The position numbers and the translations under genes are program-made. From Neophaeotheca triangularis (taxonomy: Eukaryota), in the NCBI GenBank assembly GCA_054600435.1, contig BAAIJX010000008.1:310001-374000 (forward strand): 64,000 nucleotides of DNA, in the 5' to 3' direction. The notes under the pieces are model-generated. The model was given only the letters and a program-made list of their open reading frames with translations. It was not told the origin of the DNA and made no database searches. This document shows, piece after piece, positions 23,975-37,172 of the stretch (position 1 is the first letter of the stretch; each line of letters starts with the position of its first letter).

Positions 23975-26900
23975 CTAAGCCCGGGGATGCGCATGTCCCG
24001 GCGCCGCCCCAGTAGCAGCGGGCGCGGGCGTGTGCGAATGCCTGCCGCGGCCGAAATAACTCCCGTGTCTGCCCGTGCGAGCGAGGGAGCTGATGTCGTG
24101 TTTACCTGTCCAAGAATCAAAACCGCGTCAGCTTAACTGGACCAAAAGAAAGAAAAAAAAAACATCAAATGAAAGAGAAGGATAGAGAAAAAGAAGAAGG
24201 AAAACGAGCAAGGTAATAGAGTGTGAGAGGGGAGGGGAGGGTTAGTTAGGACTCACCATCACAACAACTCCGCACGTTCTCCACGCCCAGCCCGGTCCCT
24301 TCTAAGTCCCGCTCCCGCTCCGCTCGCTCCTGACTTTCAATGACCTGCCTAAGATCCTCCGCGCTCTCTCCCACGACACTGGCGTCGTAAATGGCTTCCC
24401 CATCGCCAGGAGTGCGGCCGGAGCGGTTACTCATGGAGCTGCGCGCGCGCCGGGAAGAGAAGGAACCACGGAAACTGCTACCACCCGTGCGGCCGAAGAA
24501 GCTAGAGAAGCGGCCGCCGGCTGTGCTGTTCTCGCGGGATTTAAGGGGCGGGCGGGTGGGGGTTTCTGAAGGTTCGGCGTCGTCGGTGCTGGTGGGGTTG
24601 GAGGTGCGAGAGGGTGCGCGGTTCGCGAGAGTTAGACCGGGGTAAGCTTCGTTGGCTCTGCTACGTTCAGAAGCAGTTGCAGCGGCGGTGGATTGGCGCT
24701 GGGCGAGGCTGTTGGCGGGTTGGGTGTTTTTCGTATTGGTGGCGCGTTGGGGGGAGCTGGTGCGGGTTGTGCGGCTGTTGTAGCTGCTGAGACTTAGCCG
24801 GGAATTACTGCGGCCTGTCATGCGGCTGATGCTGCGTTTGACGCTAGTACCGAAGCCAGGGTGGAATTCGTTGATGTCGTCTTCGGTGTAGCCTTCCTCG
24901 GTGTGCGCGCTTTGGGACGCGTTTTGGCGTTGCTTCTCGGCTTCGGTGCGTAGAAGGAGATAGGAGAGGGCGTTGAACCAAGTTTCGTGACGCTGGCCTG
25001 TTGGTGCGGTGAAGACGATTTCGCGCTCGCTTGTTACCACTACCAGACTCTTACGGTGAAGGCCAGGAGGGAAGGCATTATCGTCGGTAATGACACGGAC
25101 GGACTCGATGTTGACACTCTTCGCTTTCATTGTGCCTTGGCTTGCGCCCTCGTTGGGTGCAGTCTCCGACCAGTAAAGCGTGCGAGTGTACGGATGCACC
25201 CAGAAGAAGCGACGATGTCTGGTGTTGGAGATTTCAGATCGTCCGGTACGTCGGGTGTACTTCCAGAGATACTCGCCAATCATTGTCTGCGTGATGGCTT
25301 GTATCATCCTAGGATCAGTAGCCGGCGTAACGTCATCAGGGTACGCGACTTGACCCTGTTGGTGGATATTGAAGCGCTCGTCGAGTTCGGACGCAAAGGA
25401 CGAAACGGAAGGCTGCCTCGCAACGCCACCAGAAGGTGAAAGAGTATCGCGCTGCACTCGTGGTGGGCGTGGGGTAGTGCCGTCTCTGGACGTCGCCCTC
25501 ACGGTGCCACGCTGTTGCTGCTCGACAGGCGTCTTCGGTCGAGCCTCCTTTTGCTTGTAAGCTGAAGCCGGCATCATAGGGGGTCCCATAGACCCTCGTG
25601 TAGGGCTGGTCGGGGCAGGAGGAGCAGCTACGGGTGGTATCTTTCCACCGGCCGCGGCGATCTTCTGAGTATGGTCGGGAGGGAGTGGTGGCTGCACAGC
25701 CAGTGCACCCTTCCCACGAGAGCTGGCTGGGCGTTCGGCTGATCTTCTCGGACTGCTTGCAGCGGACCGTGTGGGTGAGGGCGGGGCGCTCAATCCAGGT
25801 TCGGTGAAGGAGGTCGCAATCGGCGTCTTGCTCAGCATGCGTTCAATCTGCTCGCCACTGACCGTTGTCTGGCTACCCTCATCCGACATTGGCTTCTTTA
25901 GGGGTTCAGGCTCGGCAGCCTTACCCTGCGGTGGAGCGTAATCATTTTGTACAACATTTGGCGCAATTGACCCAAGTGGCATTCTCGTTGAGACGATGGA
26001 ATCCGCCGGGTCGAAGCTTGGCGGGGCTTCATGGAGAGGGGTCGGCTCCTCTTCACCAAACACCAGAGTAGGAACGCCACCGTCACCTTGACCTCCACCA
26101 AAGACTTTGGGCTCAATAAGAGAGGGCATCGTACCATCGGGCATGACATCTGGTTTCCTTGCCGCGCTAGCAGGCATAGATTTGCTTCTTGTCCTGGCAA
26201 GGACAGGCTTGGGCATCGTGCTCGGTTGCGAGCTCAGAGAGCCGGCATCCGGGGCGACATTCTCTGACTGCATACCCAAGAAACCAGCGCCAGGCACTGC
26301 ATAATCAGTACCGGGGATAGCTTGCTCAGGTGCTGATTCCCGAGCCTCGGAAGCAAGCGATTTGTCTGCCGACTCCTCATCTCCAGCCGCATAAAGAGCA
26401 TCCATCCTCCGTGAACTGCTGCGGTGCAAAAGTGAACCTGGCCTGCCCACCTCGGCTTGAGGAGGGCTTGACGGCTCGAGGTACTGAGCGATGATGGGAG
26501 AGAAGCTGTACTGCTCTTCCTCCTTCGCAGCCGAGGCGGCCGTTGGGGCAGCTTCTTCAATTGGTACTTCGGGCTTAGAAGCGGCGTGGATGATCTTGCC
26601 GAGACCGCTGTAGTGCCTTGCGCTTTCCGGACGCTTTGGGGTGACAGGCTCGGTCTCGAGGGTGGTGATGGTCGAAAAGGTCAGACCTGGGTCGACGGCC
26701 GCCATAGCTGGTCGGCCGGCTTCTTCGACGGCTTTGCTTGCCGAAAGAGGCGAGGACACAGCGGAGCCAAGTACTTTGGGCTCTGGTGTCGCAGGTACGA
26801 CGTCCGCTGTGTCGGTGGATTCAAGGCCCTGCACAGGCGTGCCGCTCCTGACTGGCTCAGGTGTCGCAGACACACTGGCTTCTTCGGCTTCATCGATACC

Positions 26901-29594
26901 ATTAGCGGGTGCCTCATTACCTGCAGGCTCAGCTACAGCAGGAACAGCCGTATGGTCCGCCACTTGGGGGCCTTCGACAGGTTCAACGCGGTCACTTGAC
27001 TCTTGCGTAGCAGGTGCATCAACTTGCTCAGCTTGCTCAGCCTTCTCAACACTCTGCACAGGCGTTTCGCTGCTGAAAGCCCCAGGGATCTCGTCATTTG
27101 GAACATCACGCCCCTCCTCGCCGCCGGCTGTTACCTCGATCCCCTTCTCCTGCTCCCCCTCGCTAGCAGGTGTCCTAGTAACTCTACCCAGACCGAAGCC
27201 AGCCAAAGCACCGCCGACGACCTCGGCCGCATGCTTTGGCAGACTCTGCTTCGCTTCGGGTTCCCAAGGCTCAGTCATCATGCCAGAGTCAACCATGAGA
27301 GGCCTCTGCTTGACTTCATCATGGACAGACACGACAGCGTCGTTTTGAGCCGCAACCATGTGGTCAGAGTCAAGGCTCGCCGCTCTTTGAGACCTGGACG
27401 AAGCAACCGGACTCATCGCGACGATGGGTTCAACGTCTTCGACGCTCTCGCCTCTAGTAGGGGTGCCAGGTTCAATGCCTTCAGGTTCGACACTGCCATG
27501 TCGCTGCGTCTCGGGAGTAGCAGAGACGCTGTCATCGTCCATGTCGTCGAGTTCGTCTCCCAGACTCTGGCCAGCAGGCAGAGGCGTGCCGTTGCTAGAA
27601 GTGATGCTGACTGAAGGGCTGTGATTGCTGACTGGGCTCTCATGGTACAAATCGCTAGCACGCCCGGAGCGGCGGCCATTGCGGTTGAGGCGTAGTCTGT
27701 ACTTCGGCGCTTGGTCGCGGACTGGCGTCTCCACCGAGTCGACCTCATTCTCCTCACCTTCGGAAGCGGAAGTAGAAGCGGTCGACATGTAGCTGCGGCG
27801 GTTGTCTTTCTTGGTGCTACTGCCCACCACCAGCGGTGAAACAGCTCGGCCAACGATGGTGCCACTCCTGTGAACACCGCCAGTGTTTTCGGTCTCGGTA
27901 AGCTCATCGCTGCTGTCGCCAGCTAAGCTCTCAGCACCAGTCTGGAAAGCCTCGGTCGTGGAGTCTCTCTCGTTAGCAGTCTCAAAGGCATCCGTGCCCT
28001 CGGTGGAAGTCTCTCCGCCGGCGAAAGCCTCATGATCGAAAGCCGCACCGGCAACAGCACCAGCGACCGCGCTGCCAGCAGCGATAGCACCAGTGCGAGA
28101 CTTGCTTGGAGTGGTTTGACCGTCATGGGCCTCCCAGTCCTCGTCTTCAAGAATCTCGGTAGTGGAGCTGCGGTTAGCACCAAGCCGGTCGGGGCGTAGG
28201 GGTTTGCGAAATTTCTCATTTGACTCTGAGCGTCGCTTCTTAGCCACATTAGCCATGCCTCCGCTTTCTCTGCGCTTGGTCTCTAGCTCGTCGCGGGCAT
28301 CTTGCAACATCCGTTTCAGCTCCACTTTCTCGGTCTTCTCGCGGTGAATGTTGTTCTTGAGGTTCTGAATCATCCTGTGCGCGTGGTTGAGCGAGGATTT
28401 CAATGTTTCCGACTCAAGCATGCCGTGGCGGGGAGTGCCCTTCATCGGTGAGTACGTATCGCTCATTTCAGGCGTGGACTCCTCAATCTCAAACTCCTGG
28501 TCTGGGGTGGCCACGTTGCGGTCGCTCTGCTGGGGCTGGTGGTTGAAACGATAGGACACCGCTTTTGCGAGCTCAGTGTTCTGCGCAGTCAACTCCTCAA
28601 TTTTCTTCTCGAGAGCAGAGCGCTGGGTGCTGTGGTTGGTGGCGTCTCGGCGGAGGCCATGCAACTCGGACTCTTGCTGCTTCTTGCCAGTAGTCCACTC
28701 TTCGTGCAGCTTGTCATGAGACGCCCTCAGCTCCTCCAACTCGCGTCGCGCAGCTGACTTCTCAGTATGCGCTGCTACGAGCGTTTGTGTGAGCCGCTCA
28801 TGCTTGTGGGTGACATCCCTGTGGCTAGCCTCGAGGTCTTGCAGTCTAGTCTCCAGATTCCAATTCTCGTCCTTGTACCTCTGCTCACTCTCGTCCATGT
28901 GCCGTATCCGCTGGACCATGCCCTGCGCCTCAGCCTCAAGCTGTGCTTTCGAGGCATTGATCTCTCTGAGTGCCTCATCTTTCTCCGCCAGCGCCGCCTG
29001 CAGCTGGCGTACCTGTGCTAGCAAGCTCGTACTAATCTCGGTAGCAAACTCGATATCGTGCACACGGTTGTTCGGCTGGTTGCGTTGTCGTCTGCTGGGC
29101 GCGGAGACCTTACTAGGTGACTCTCGCGAGTTGCTAGACAGGATAGACGCATCGCGGCTTGTCTCGTCTCCCGTTGCACCGATATTCGAGCGAGCCCTTG
29201 GTAGAAAGGCGCGCGCGCTCTCGCGCCCAATGTCGTTATATTCGCGCTCCAGATCCGCGAGTTTCGATCTCAACTCCGCGGGAACCTCTTCGCGATCGTT
29301 CTGCTGCACTAGCTCGACATCTTTCAACCGCGCGGCCAGATCTTTGCGCTGTTGCAGCAACGTGGTGCCCAGTCTCGAGGCGTCCTGGATTCTGCGGTCC
29401 GTGTCCTTGAGATGCGCTTCCAACGCTCTTCGTGCGTGAGAGGGCGAGTTTGTAGAGAACTGGGAGTCGTCGAAAGAGGCATATCGCATTGGAACGTGTG
29501 ATGGTTTGGTAGGCGTGGTTGCATTAGTAGTAAAGGGGTCGCCAGCGCCGTTGGTAGGCCTGGCTCCTTCCGGTGGATTCGCAGTCGTCGCCAT
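23975..29594 (-). CDS. apsA: Nuclear migration cortical anchor ApsA/Num1/Mcp5
   Basis: N-terminal coiled coil (HDIEFATEISTSLLAQVRQLQ, YKDENWNLE). C-terminal PH domain (MIQAITQTMIGEYLWKY..RHRRFFWVHPYTRTLYW). Intron 24106-24256 gives ENVRSCCDGKHD. Confidence 0.92.
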
Positions 29595-30734
29595 GGTGTA
29601 GGGCCCTAGAATCGAGGCATGGATGGTGCGATATCAATGGTGAGGTTTAGAGGTGTTTGTTGTCTCGGCTACTAGGTCCAGCTAGGGGTGACGATAACAG
29701 GGCGGGTGCAGGTGAGACAGCAGTCGCGGTCGTATAGAATAGATAACGTCGGGAGATGGCGGTCCTAATGGTGGTTGCGGTGGTGGTGAAAGGGAATCCG
29801 GGTAGTAGGTGACACGGCGCTCGAGCGCATGCAAAGAGAATAGAAGAGAATGGCGGGAAAGGTAGTGTAGGTAGGTAGTGTCGTGGTGGTACTACTAAAT
29901 TAGGTAGTCGGTGATGATGGGCTTGTTTATGCAGGGCGGCTAGACATCAACAACAAGTCGACGTTCGGGCTCAGGCCGGGCTCCCCTCTCCAACTCTGCG
30001 ACTCGGGCTGCCTGCCTGCACATGCACCTGTAGGTAGCTGGTAGCCTGCAGCTGTGATGATACCCGCCCCACCAAGAATGATAATAGTACTACAGTAGGT
30101 ATTTCTACTGTACCATCGGACAATGCCCGTGGTCATGGGAAAATAACAGTATTGACGACGAAAAGAATTAATGAATAATGAACAAACGAGACGGAAACAT
30201 GACATGGAAAAATAACGACTGTTTCTTTTCTCGAAACAGGAGAATAGGTGGTGATGATGATGATGATGATGTTCAAACACTCTCCCGGGTAACGAAAGTG
30301 TCTGGCTGATGTTTCGAAACACTCGCACTGATCATTGCCATACTAAACGCCTTATCGATATCGCCCTACAATAGACAAACACCTCGAGGCAGCGAAGTAC
30401 ATGCCTATGGTTATTATTTATTATTATACTGTAGATTGTAATAGCTACGCTACCTACCTAATGTAGATGGAAGACGAATACAAGATTGCCGGATGTGCAT
30501 ATCCCATGGCCCTTAGCAACAGCGCCACTTTTATTAACCTTCAACCTTACCGCAGCTACCTACCTATCGTGCAGTAGCCTTTCGGGACTGTTCCCCAGCA
30601 ATCTTATCGTGATTTGTGAAGACATGCAACCAAGTACTAATACTGTCGTCCGAATATCAACCACCATAATCATTTGACCGTCTAATCTACCTTAGCAACC
30701 CCAAACTGGCACACCGCAGCTTCTTATTCATCTC

Positions 30735-32226
30735 TTACATCGTCGCCAACATGACACTAACCCCAGCCAAAACCTCCTCGCAGTTCGGCCTAATCTGCTC
30801 CGGTGGCAGCACAAACCCAAACTCTCCCTCATCCCTCAACTCCCACGTATAAGCATAAGTAGCCCCCTGCACCCCATGTGCATAATCCCGACTACCACCC
30901 GAAACCTGGTAGAGCGTCTCGCAACCGGGTCCCGTTGTGTAATTCGTGCCGTAAACGGCTTCGATGGCCGCCGCGGTCCTGTTGGCGAGCCCGACTTGGG
31001 CGTCGCTGTTGTAGGGCACTTCGTCGCAGGTGTAGCCAAAGGGGGAGATGATTAGCTGGCTGTACGAGTGCCAGTCGATGTAGAGGATGAGGTCTTGCTG
31101 CGAGGTGACGCTTTCCATGTGGGCGACCAGAGCTGTGTTTTCCGGGGTGCTGGCTCCGCCTGTGCCGCCGTAGGTTTGGCTGCATGGGTCTGGTTCACTT
31201 CCGTCTTGGCCCCTGAAAATTTGCAATTAGTATGGACAGTGTGTTTCTTAGATATAGAGCTTGCACTTACCATTGGAAAGGCCAGTTGCGGTTGTTGTCG
31301 ACACCATAACATGTCCCATTACCCACGTCAGTAGGTGGGGGACTGCGGTTCTTGCGCCACAGACGATCGACTTCCTGCGAGTAGACGAAGCCGTCCGGGT
31401 TGACGATTGGGAGGACGTAGAAGTCGTAGCTGTTGAGCATGAACGTCCAGAAAGGGTCCTGGTTGTTGTAACCTTTGATCATGTTGTAGACAATGTACTC
31501 GACTGTCATCGTGGTTATCCATTCTCTAGCGTGGACAGTACCGTGCCAAATGACCGCTGGCTTCGTGCTGTTGCCGCAGACTGAAGAGCTCGTGTAATCG
31601 CCGAACAATTTGTAGCCTATAGTGAACGGTCAGTCGTGATACTGGGTGATTTCGACCGATCGATTAGTTCCGAAGGAAGAAAACTCAAAGACTCACCAAA
31701 GATGTCGCGTCCTTCAACACTTTGTCCAGCTACAAAATACTCCGAGTTCTCCGAGAATGCGGCCGTCAGGTCTTCCCAGTACGAGATGTGATCCTCGTAA
31801 GGATGATAAGTGTCGAACCAATCATCAGACGGCAGATGGCCGTCCTTGTGCGTACCTGATTGTTCGTGTAAGTGTCGTGTCATATGGACAGATCGAAATT
31901 AGTCCCAGCCTACCGTCGTACTGGTCGCACTCCTTCTCTCGAGCAATGTCTTTGCCCAAATCAGTGTGCATTTCGATAAAGTCAAGACCCATCTCCTTGA
32001 TGTGATCCATTTCGAAGCCGGGTACTACTGCATCAATGAAGTCTGCACCCTGCTTCCAGATATCATGGAAGTCGAGGTCCTTGAGCTTGCCCAACACGTC
32101 GTCCACCTTGCCATGCGTGTTGATCTTGAGACACTCATAGCCGTCGTATGAGCCAGGGGAGTGAGAGCTCCGTGGGAGAGAGGCGCTCAATGCCAAAGGC
32201 AGAAAAGAAAGTAGCTTGAACAACAT
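30735..32226 (-). CDS. Secreted zinc carboxypeptidase A-like (peptidase M14A) with propeptide
   Basis: Signal peptide MLFKLLSFLPLALSA. Motifs HAREW, NPDGF, WRKNR, DNNRNW, DWHSYSQ and YTWELR. Three introns (~31856-31913, 31618-31696, 31213-31271). Confidence 0.9.
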
Positions 32227-32936
32227 GATTGCTCGAATGGACTTGGAATGCCTATACTTCCAGGAACAAGAACAGGCTGTCGAGTCTGGTATATATTACT
32301 TGTCGCTCACCACAGTGACGACAAACATTTAACGTTCCACCTACCTTATCAGTGGAGCATTGCTCTGTTGCAGGATGCAAATGCACATTGGCATGTATAC
32401 CAAGACGAGGGGAAACTTGGTAGCCATCGTTTCCATAGCGGGATACCTCCATGATACGGGCGGGCGGTGATGTTTCTCGACATCCCAAAGTCTTGCTGCC
32501 TCCCTCTTCCGGACTGGAGCCTCATGTGCCAAGTGAGGAGGTCGCAAGCTGTTGAGGGTTACTTCGATAAGCTCGACGACGTCGTACCTTGACGCCCTTG
32601 GCTATGCACAATGATGATGTGCTGCTCGACAGGACGCCGATGGTAGCCGGTGCGCCAGTGGGCGATCATTGGTGCGACGTAGAAGAAGAGGCTCAAGGTT
32701 GGTCAGGAAGGTAAGTTAAGGTACTGCAAGTGGCCAGGGAAGTAGAAGCACCCGGTCCATACCTACTTTGCCTACCTAAATACTACCTAGGTAGTCCGGT
32801 ATCGGGGCCGCTACTTCCAATTACTCAGCTTCAAAGTCTTATCGATAAGACCGCCTTTCTGTATGCATCCAACAACCTACCGAGTCCCTTCGCAACATCA
32901 ATACTTCACCAACCTCCAAATCAATCTGCCGCAGCT

Positions 32937-33944
32937 ATGACCGACGTAGCAGCACCTGTATTCAAAAAGCGTGGCAACAAGTCCGCCATCCGTAAACGCC
33001 CGGCAACACCACCCCCAGCCTCGGACTCCGACCAAGATTCATCCTCAAACTCCGACGACGACAACGACAATGAAGACCGAACCCGCATCAAACGCCAAAA
33101 ACGCCAGGGCGCCAACCTAACCACGACCGAAAAGAACGCCAACTCCACTCGTACTGACCGCGACCCAAGCAAAACAAGCACAATCTACACGGCCGACCGC
33201 TCCACCAACCTAGCAACCCAAGACGACGCAACCCGCACCTCCAACTGGAACAACAGCACCTCCACCTCCGTCGAGAGCCTAGAACCCACAACCGCACGCG
33301 CAACCGCTCGCCAACAAACCGAAAATGCCAAAGCCGGCGACGGCATCTACCGCGGCGCAAAAGGGTACTCGAACTTCATCGCCAAGCGCCCGGACCCAAC
33401 GGCACCGCAAGAAGACAGCGCCAGCGGACAGACCAAAACCGTCGGCCCCGTGAAAGCAGCCAGCAACGTCCGCACCATCACGGTCACCGACTTCGCCCCG
33501 GACGTGTGCAAGGACTACAAGCAAACGGGCTTTTGCGGTTTCGGGGACGGTTGCAAGTTTCTACACGCGCGTGAGGATTACAAGCAGGGTTGGCAGCTGG
33601 ATAAGGATTGGGAGAATGTGGCGAAGAAGGGGGCGGGAAAGAAGGGGGATGAGGATAGCGGGAAGACGGAGGAGGAGAAGCTGCTTGAGAGTATCCCTTT
33701 CAAATGTGTGATTTGTAAGGGGGATTATAAGATGCCGATTGTGACGAAGTGTGGGCATTATTTTTGTGAGAAGTGTGCTTTTACTCGCTATGGGAAGGAG
33801 AAGAAGAAGGGGTGCGCGCAGTGTGGGGCGGATACCGGGGGGACTTTTAATGTGGCGAGGAAGTTGAAGGAGTTATTAAAGAAGAAGCAGGTCAGGGAGG
33901 AGGAGAAGGCCGCGGCGGCGGCGGCGGAGGAGGAGGCCGGGTGA
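32937..33944 (+). CDS. CWC24: Pre-mRNA splicing factor Cwc24 (RNF113)
   Basis: CCCH finger PDVCKDYKQTGFCGFGDGCKFLHAREDY plus RING finger IPFKCVIC..TKCGHYFCEKC..CAQC. Confidence 0.95.
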   Translation: MTDVAAPVFKKRGNKSAIRKRPATPPPASDSDQDSSSNSDDDNDNEDRTRIKRQKRQGANLTTTEKNANSTRTDRDPSKTSTIYTADRSTNLATQDDATRTSNWNNSTSTSVESLEPTTARATARQQTENAKAGDGIYRGAKGYSNFIAKRPDPTAPQEDSASGQTKTVGPVKAASNVRTITVTDFAPDVCKDYKQTGFCGFGDGCKFLHAREDYKQGWQLDKDWENVAKKGAGKKGDEDSGKTEEEKLLESIPFKCVICKGDYKMPIVTKCGHYFCEKCAFTRYGKEKKKGCAQCGADTGGTFNVARKLKELLKKKQVREEEKAAAAAAEEEAG

Positions 33945-35044
33945 TCTGAGGGTGTCTGTGGTGAGAAGATCTGCGATAATCACTCAGGGTAAAGTTTGTT
34001 CACGGAGGCGAGGCGACTATATAGAAGGATGATCGTGCGCTTATCACAGCCTTGCGGTAACGGCCGTATAGAGCAGGAAAAGAGATACCCAAACAGGCTT
34101 CGGCCCAAAATGATATAGACCAGAAGAGCTTTGCAATCAACCTCAAGGCTCCGACAAGACGCCATCTCCAGCCCCCACCCAAGGAGCACCCTCTGGGTTA
34201 TTGCGACTCGACACTGAACTTCAGTAGGAATTCCATATCCCAGCAAGTCAGATCCAGCTCCCTTGACCAACTCCATCACGGCGAGGAATCAGCCACGTCC
34301 GCTGCTCGCGCTATACACCCGAGCGATCTTCGGACGCCAGTACCGTTTGCTCGCCAGGATGCAAGAAAACGTCCCTACACTGGGATTCTAGCGTGTCCAG
34401 ACCAATCGAATCATCCTCCCTGGCTGAGTTGTGGGGGCGTACCATAGTTGATAGCTGTGCGTTTTTTGGGGCAGGGGTTGTGATTGAAGTTTCGCAACTT
34501 CTTTTCATCTCAGCTGGGCTGAGGTTATCCGCTGGTTTGAGACTTGACACTATCGATTGCGGCGAGCACGTGGGCGAGCGGGCAAATGCATGGGCAAGAG
34601 TCGTATGCGCTGTGATAACTCGACCCAATGCTGTAGCACACTTCAGATATGGAGCTGGTGACAATCTGGGCGTCGAAGGCCATATCATTTTCCCCGAGGA
34701 TGCACCCAAACTCTGACCCTATGGGATTCACCCTATCGGAAGACAGTCCATGATTTCGTCGAATTGCGAGCTATTACCGATGGCATTTGCTAAAACTAGT
34801 GGAGTCGATTGAGAGGTGAGAAACGGTGGGTTGGAAACAAACGTTGTAAGCGTAGCTATGGTATACAAAAAGCATCATGAACCCACCCCTTTCCCCAGCG
34901 ACTGCGTCCTCTCGTCTCATGTAAAGCCAGAGTTCCGTATATATGTCCACCAACGCCTCGCTCAATTCAACAAGACGACCAGAGCAATTGAAAAAGCAGC
35001 GAAGACCAGGACCAGCAAGAGAGAAAGTTCGAGCACCCATGCCT

Positions 35045-36492
35045 TCAATACCAGCCCCGCCCCTGCATCCCTTGCCCCTCCTCCTCCTCACGATGCGGGA
35101 TCATGGGCTTCCTGATCTCAAAAGCAGTACACAGCTTCCTCCAAGTGGCATAATCCAACGCCAGCACGGCCTGATGCTTGGCGGTATCCTTGCGCCTCTT
35201 ACCATTTGTATCCACCGCGCTTTGGCCCCCAGAAGGCATCAACGTCGGCAGCCCATCCGTGTCCGGCCCGACGCCCACGACACCTTCTTTGATGAGGAAA
35301 CTGACGTAGAAGAGGTTCTCGACGCTCTGGCCGAAAGAGTGCGGGTTGAGGGTGTAGTCGAAGAGGCTGGGTCCGCCCGTGGATGTCAAGCGGAGTTCTT
35401 TCAGTTTCGCGCGGCCGGCTTCTGAGTGGAGTTTCTCGCGCGTGTCGATACCAGACCGGCCGAGGGCCTTTTCCGACGTCCGGCAGTGCGCGAGAAGGTG
35501 CTGGTGGATGCGCTTACAGACGGCCGTGAGCCCGTTCTCGTCGGTTTGCGATAGGTGTTCGCGACTCAGGGCTTCTGGGCGGGATTCTTGGACGTTTCTG
35601 TCTTGAGTTTGGCGCGCGCGGCGTTGGACTTGGGTTCGGACCCTTTTCTCTACGGAGAGGGGTCCGAGGAGGAAGGTAGGCACGCTAGGGCGAGAAGTGT
35701 AGGGCATACAGGCGTGGCGGCCCAGCACTTCCCAGTCCAGGGCTTCGACGGAATCTTCGTCGTCTTCATGGTCGTCATGGTTTTGAGTGCGCCGGCGACG
35801 GGTAGAGGAAGATGTCTCCGCGTCGTTGCGCATGAATGTGATGCATTTGCTCACGAACTCATCGAGATCGAGACCTGTGGTGCCGTCGCTGACAACAAGC
35901 TGGGCTGCCTTTTTCTGTGCAAGATCGGATACTTCTACTAGTAAGCGCGAATCCAGTGTTGCGTCGCTGGTTTGTTTGACCTCTTCGAAAAGAGCGTTGG
36001 CGCGTTTTACTGTATCGTTGAGCTGTTCGCCTGTGCCATGAAGGAGATCGTCGCGGCATTCTGACCAGGACGATATTAGTGTTGGCGATACCGTGCTTGC
36101 TCTACAGCCGGCTTACCTCTGAACTCTCTCTCCAGATCGCGCATTTGTCGCTTGACGTCTCGCCGCTCTTCAGGATCTTGCTTGGGGTCATAGTATCGAT
36201 TGAACTTGTCCTCGTCGTCGCGCAACGCTTCACTCTCCGAACGGATGCCTCCAACAGCAGCAGAGGCGCGTTTTCTCTTCTGGCCGCGTGCATCGCTACC
36301 ATTCGAAGTTGATGTTGGGAGGGAGTTGCGTGGAGGCGGCGGTGCCATGGCGCGCTGCTTGCCTCCGTTTCTAGCGGTGGGTTCTGAAGGATCCCGGTTT
36401 TCTTGATCGGAGGTTAGGTCTCGCGGGGCTGGGGTCTCGGATGGGTAGCGTGAGGAAGCGACAGTTGAAGGGCGCGTGTTAAGACGGGCCAT
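35045..36492 (-). CDS. NSE4: Smc5/6 complex kleisin subunit Nse4
   Basis: Motifs YYDPKQDPEERR, VKQTSDATLDSRLLV, FLLGPLSVEKR and NPHSFGQSVENLFYVSFLIKEG. Intron 36061-36116. Confidence 0.9.
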
Positions 36493-36786
36493 GGCTTAAG
36501 AGGTGTCAGGTGCCGAGATGAAGCCGGTATAACGTCTCGCAATAGTCGATTGCAATGAGGTTGGAATGTGATCACAATGAGGCCGCCGGGTGAAGCAAGC
36601 TGAGCGTTACTATGTAGGTAGTATAAGGCGGAGGCGCGGTGCTGTGCTGCGACTGGCGTCTTTCAAGACGGGCAGGCTGTGCTTGATTGCGCCTTGTCTC
36701 GTAGTGACGGACAAGATGACTCTTTGTCGGCGAACTGGTCTGCGACAATAGTCAACAGAGATTCGAGGCGTGTTTCTGCTTGCTAA

Positions 36787-36818
36787 CTGTACCTGTACCT
36801 GTACCTGTACCTGTACCT
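36787..36818 (+). repeat. (TGTACC)n tandem repeat in NSE4/VPS34 divergent promoter
   Basis: About 5 tandem units. Confidence 0.85.
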
Positions 36819-36834
36819 GGGGTGTAATATACTC

Positions 36835-36853
36835 ACGACGCGAAGCGACGCGT
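36835..36853. promoter_or_regulatory. Putative MCB (ACGCGT) cell-cycle box cluster upstream of NSE4
   Basis: ACGCGA followed by ACGCGT at 36848-36853. MBF-type boxes commonly precede DNA repair and SMC genes in yeasts. Function here is inferred. Confidence 0.4.
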
Positions 36854-37172
36854 CCAGACAAAGAGGGACGAACGAGTGGAGAAGACGGGAACTTCAGATT
36901 CTACTAAGTTAGTACCTATCAATAAGATTGGTGTTGATAGCTGCCTGAGGCATGAAACATCGCGTATTCACTTCTGGTGAACCTCACCTGCTATCGATTT
37001 GATGGACAATCAGAAAATATCAACACTTTAGTCAATCGTACCTTAAGACTCACTCTTTTGAGATCGCTTAAATTCCTTGTGGAACAATCATGGAGCCGAC
37101 AAAAAGTCATCGACGACGTTGAGGCGATAGAAATCTCCTAAGCATACAGGTGTAAACTACCACTAACACGCC

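Noticed and set aside
33980..34731. Possible gene between CWC24 and NSE4
   Set aside because: Only short ORFs without recognisable motifs or coherent splice structure.
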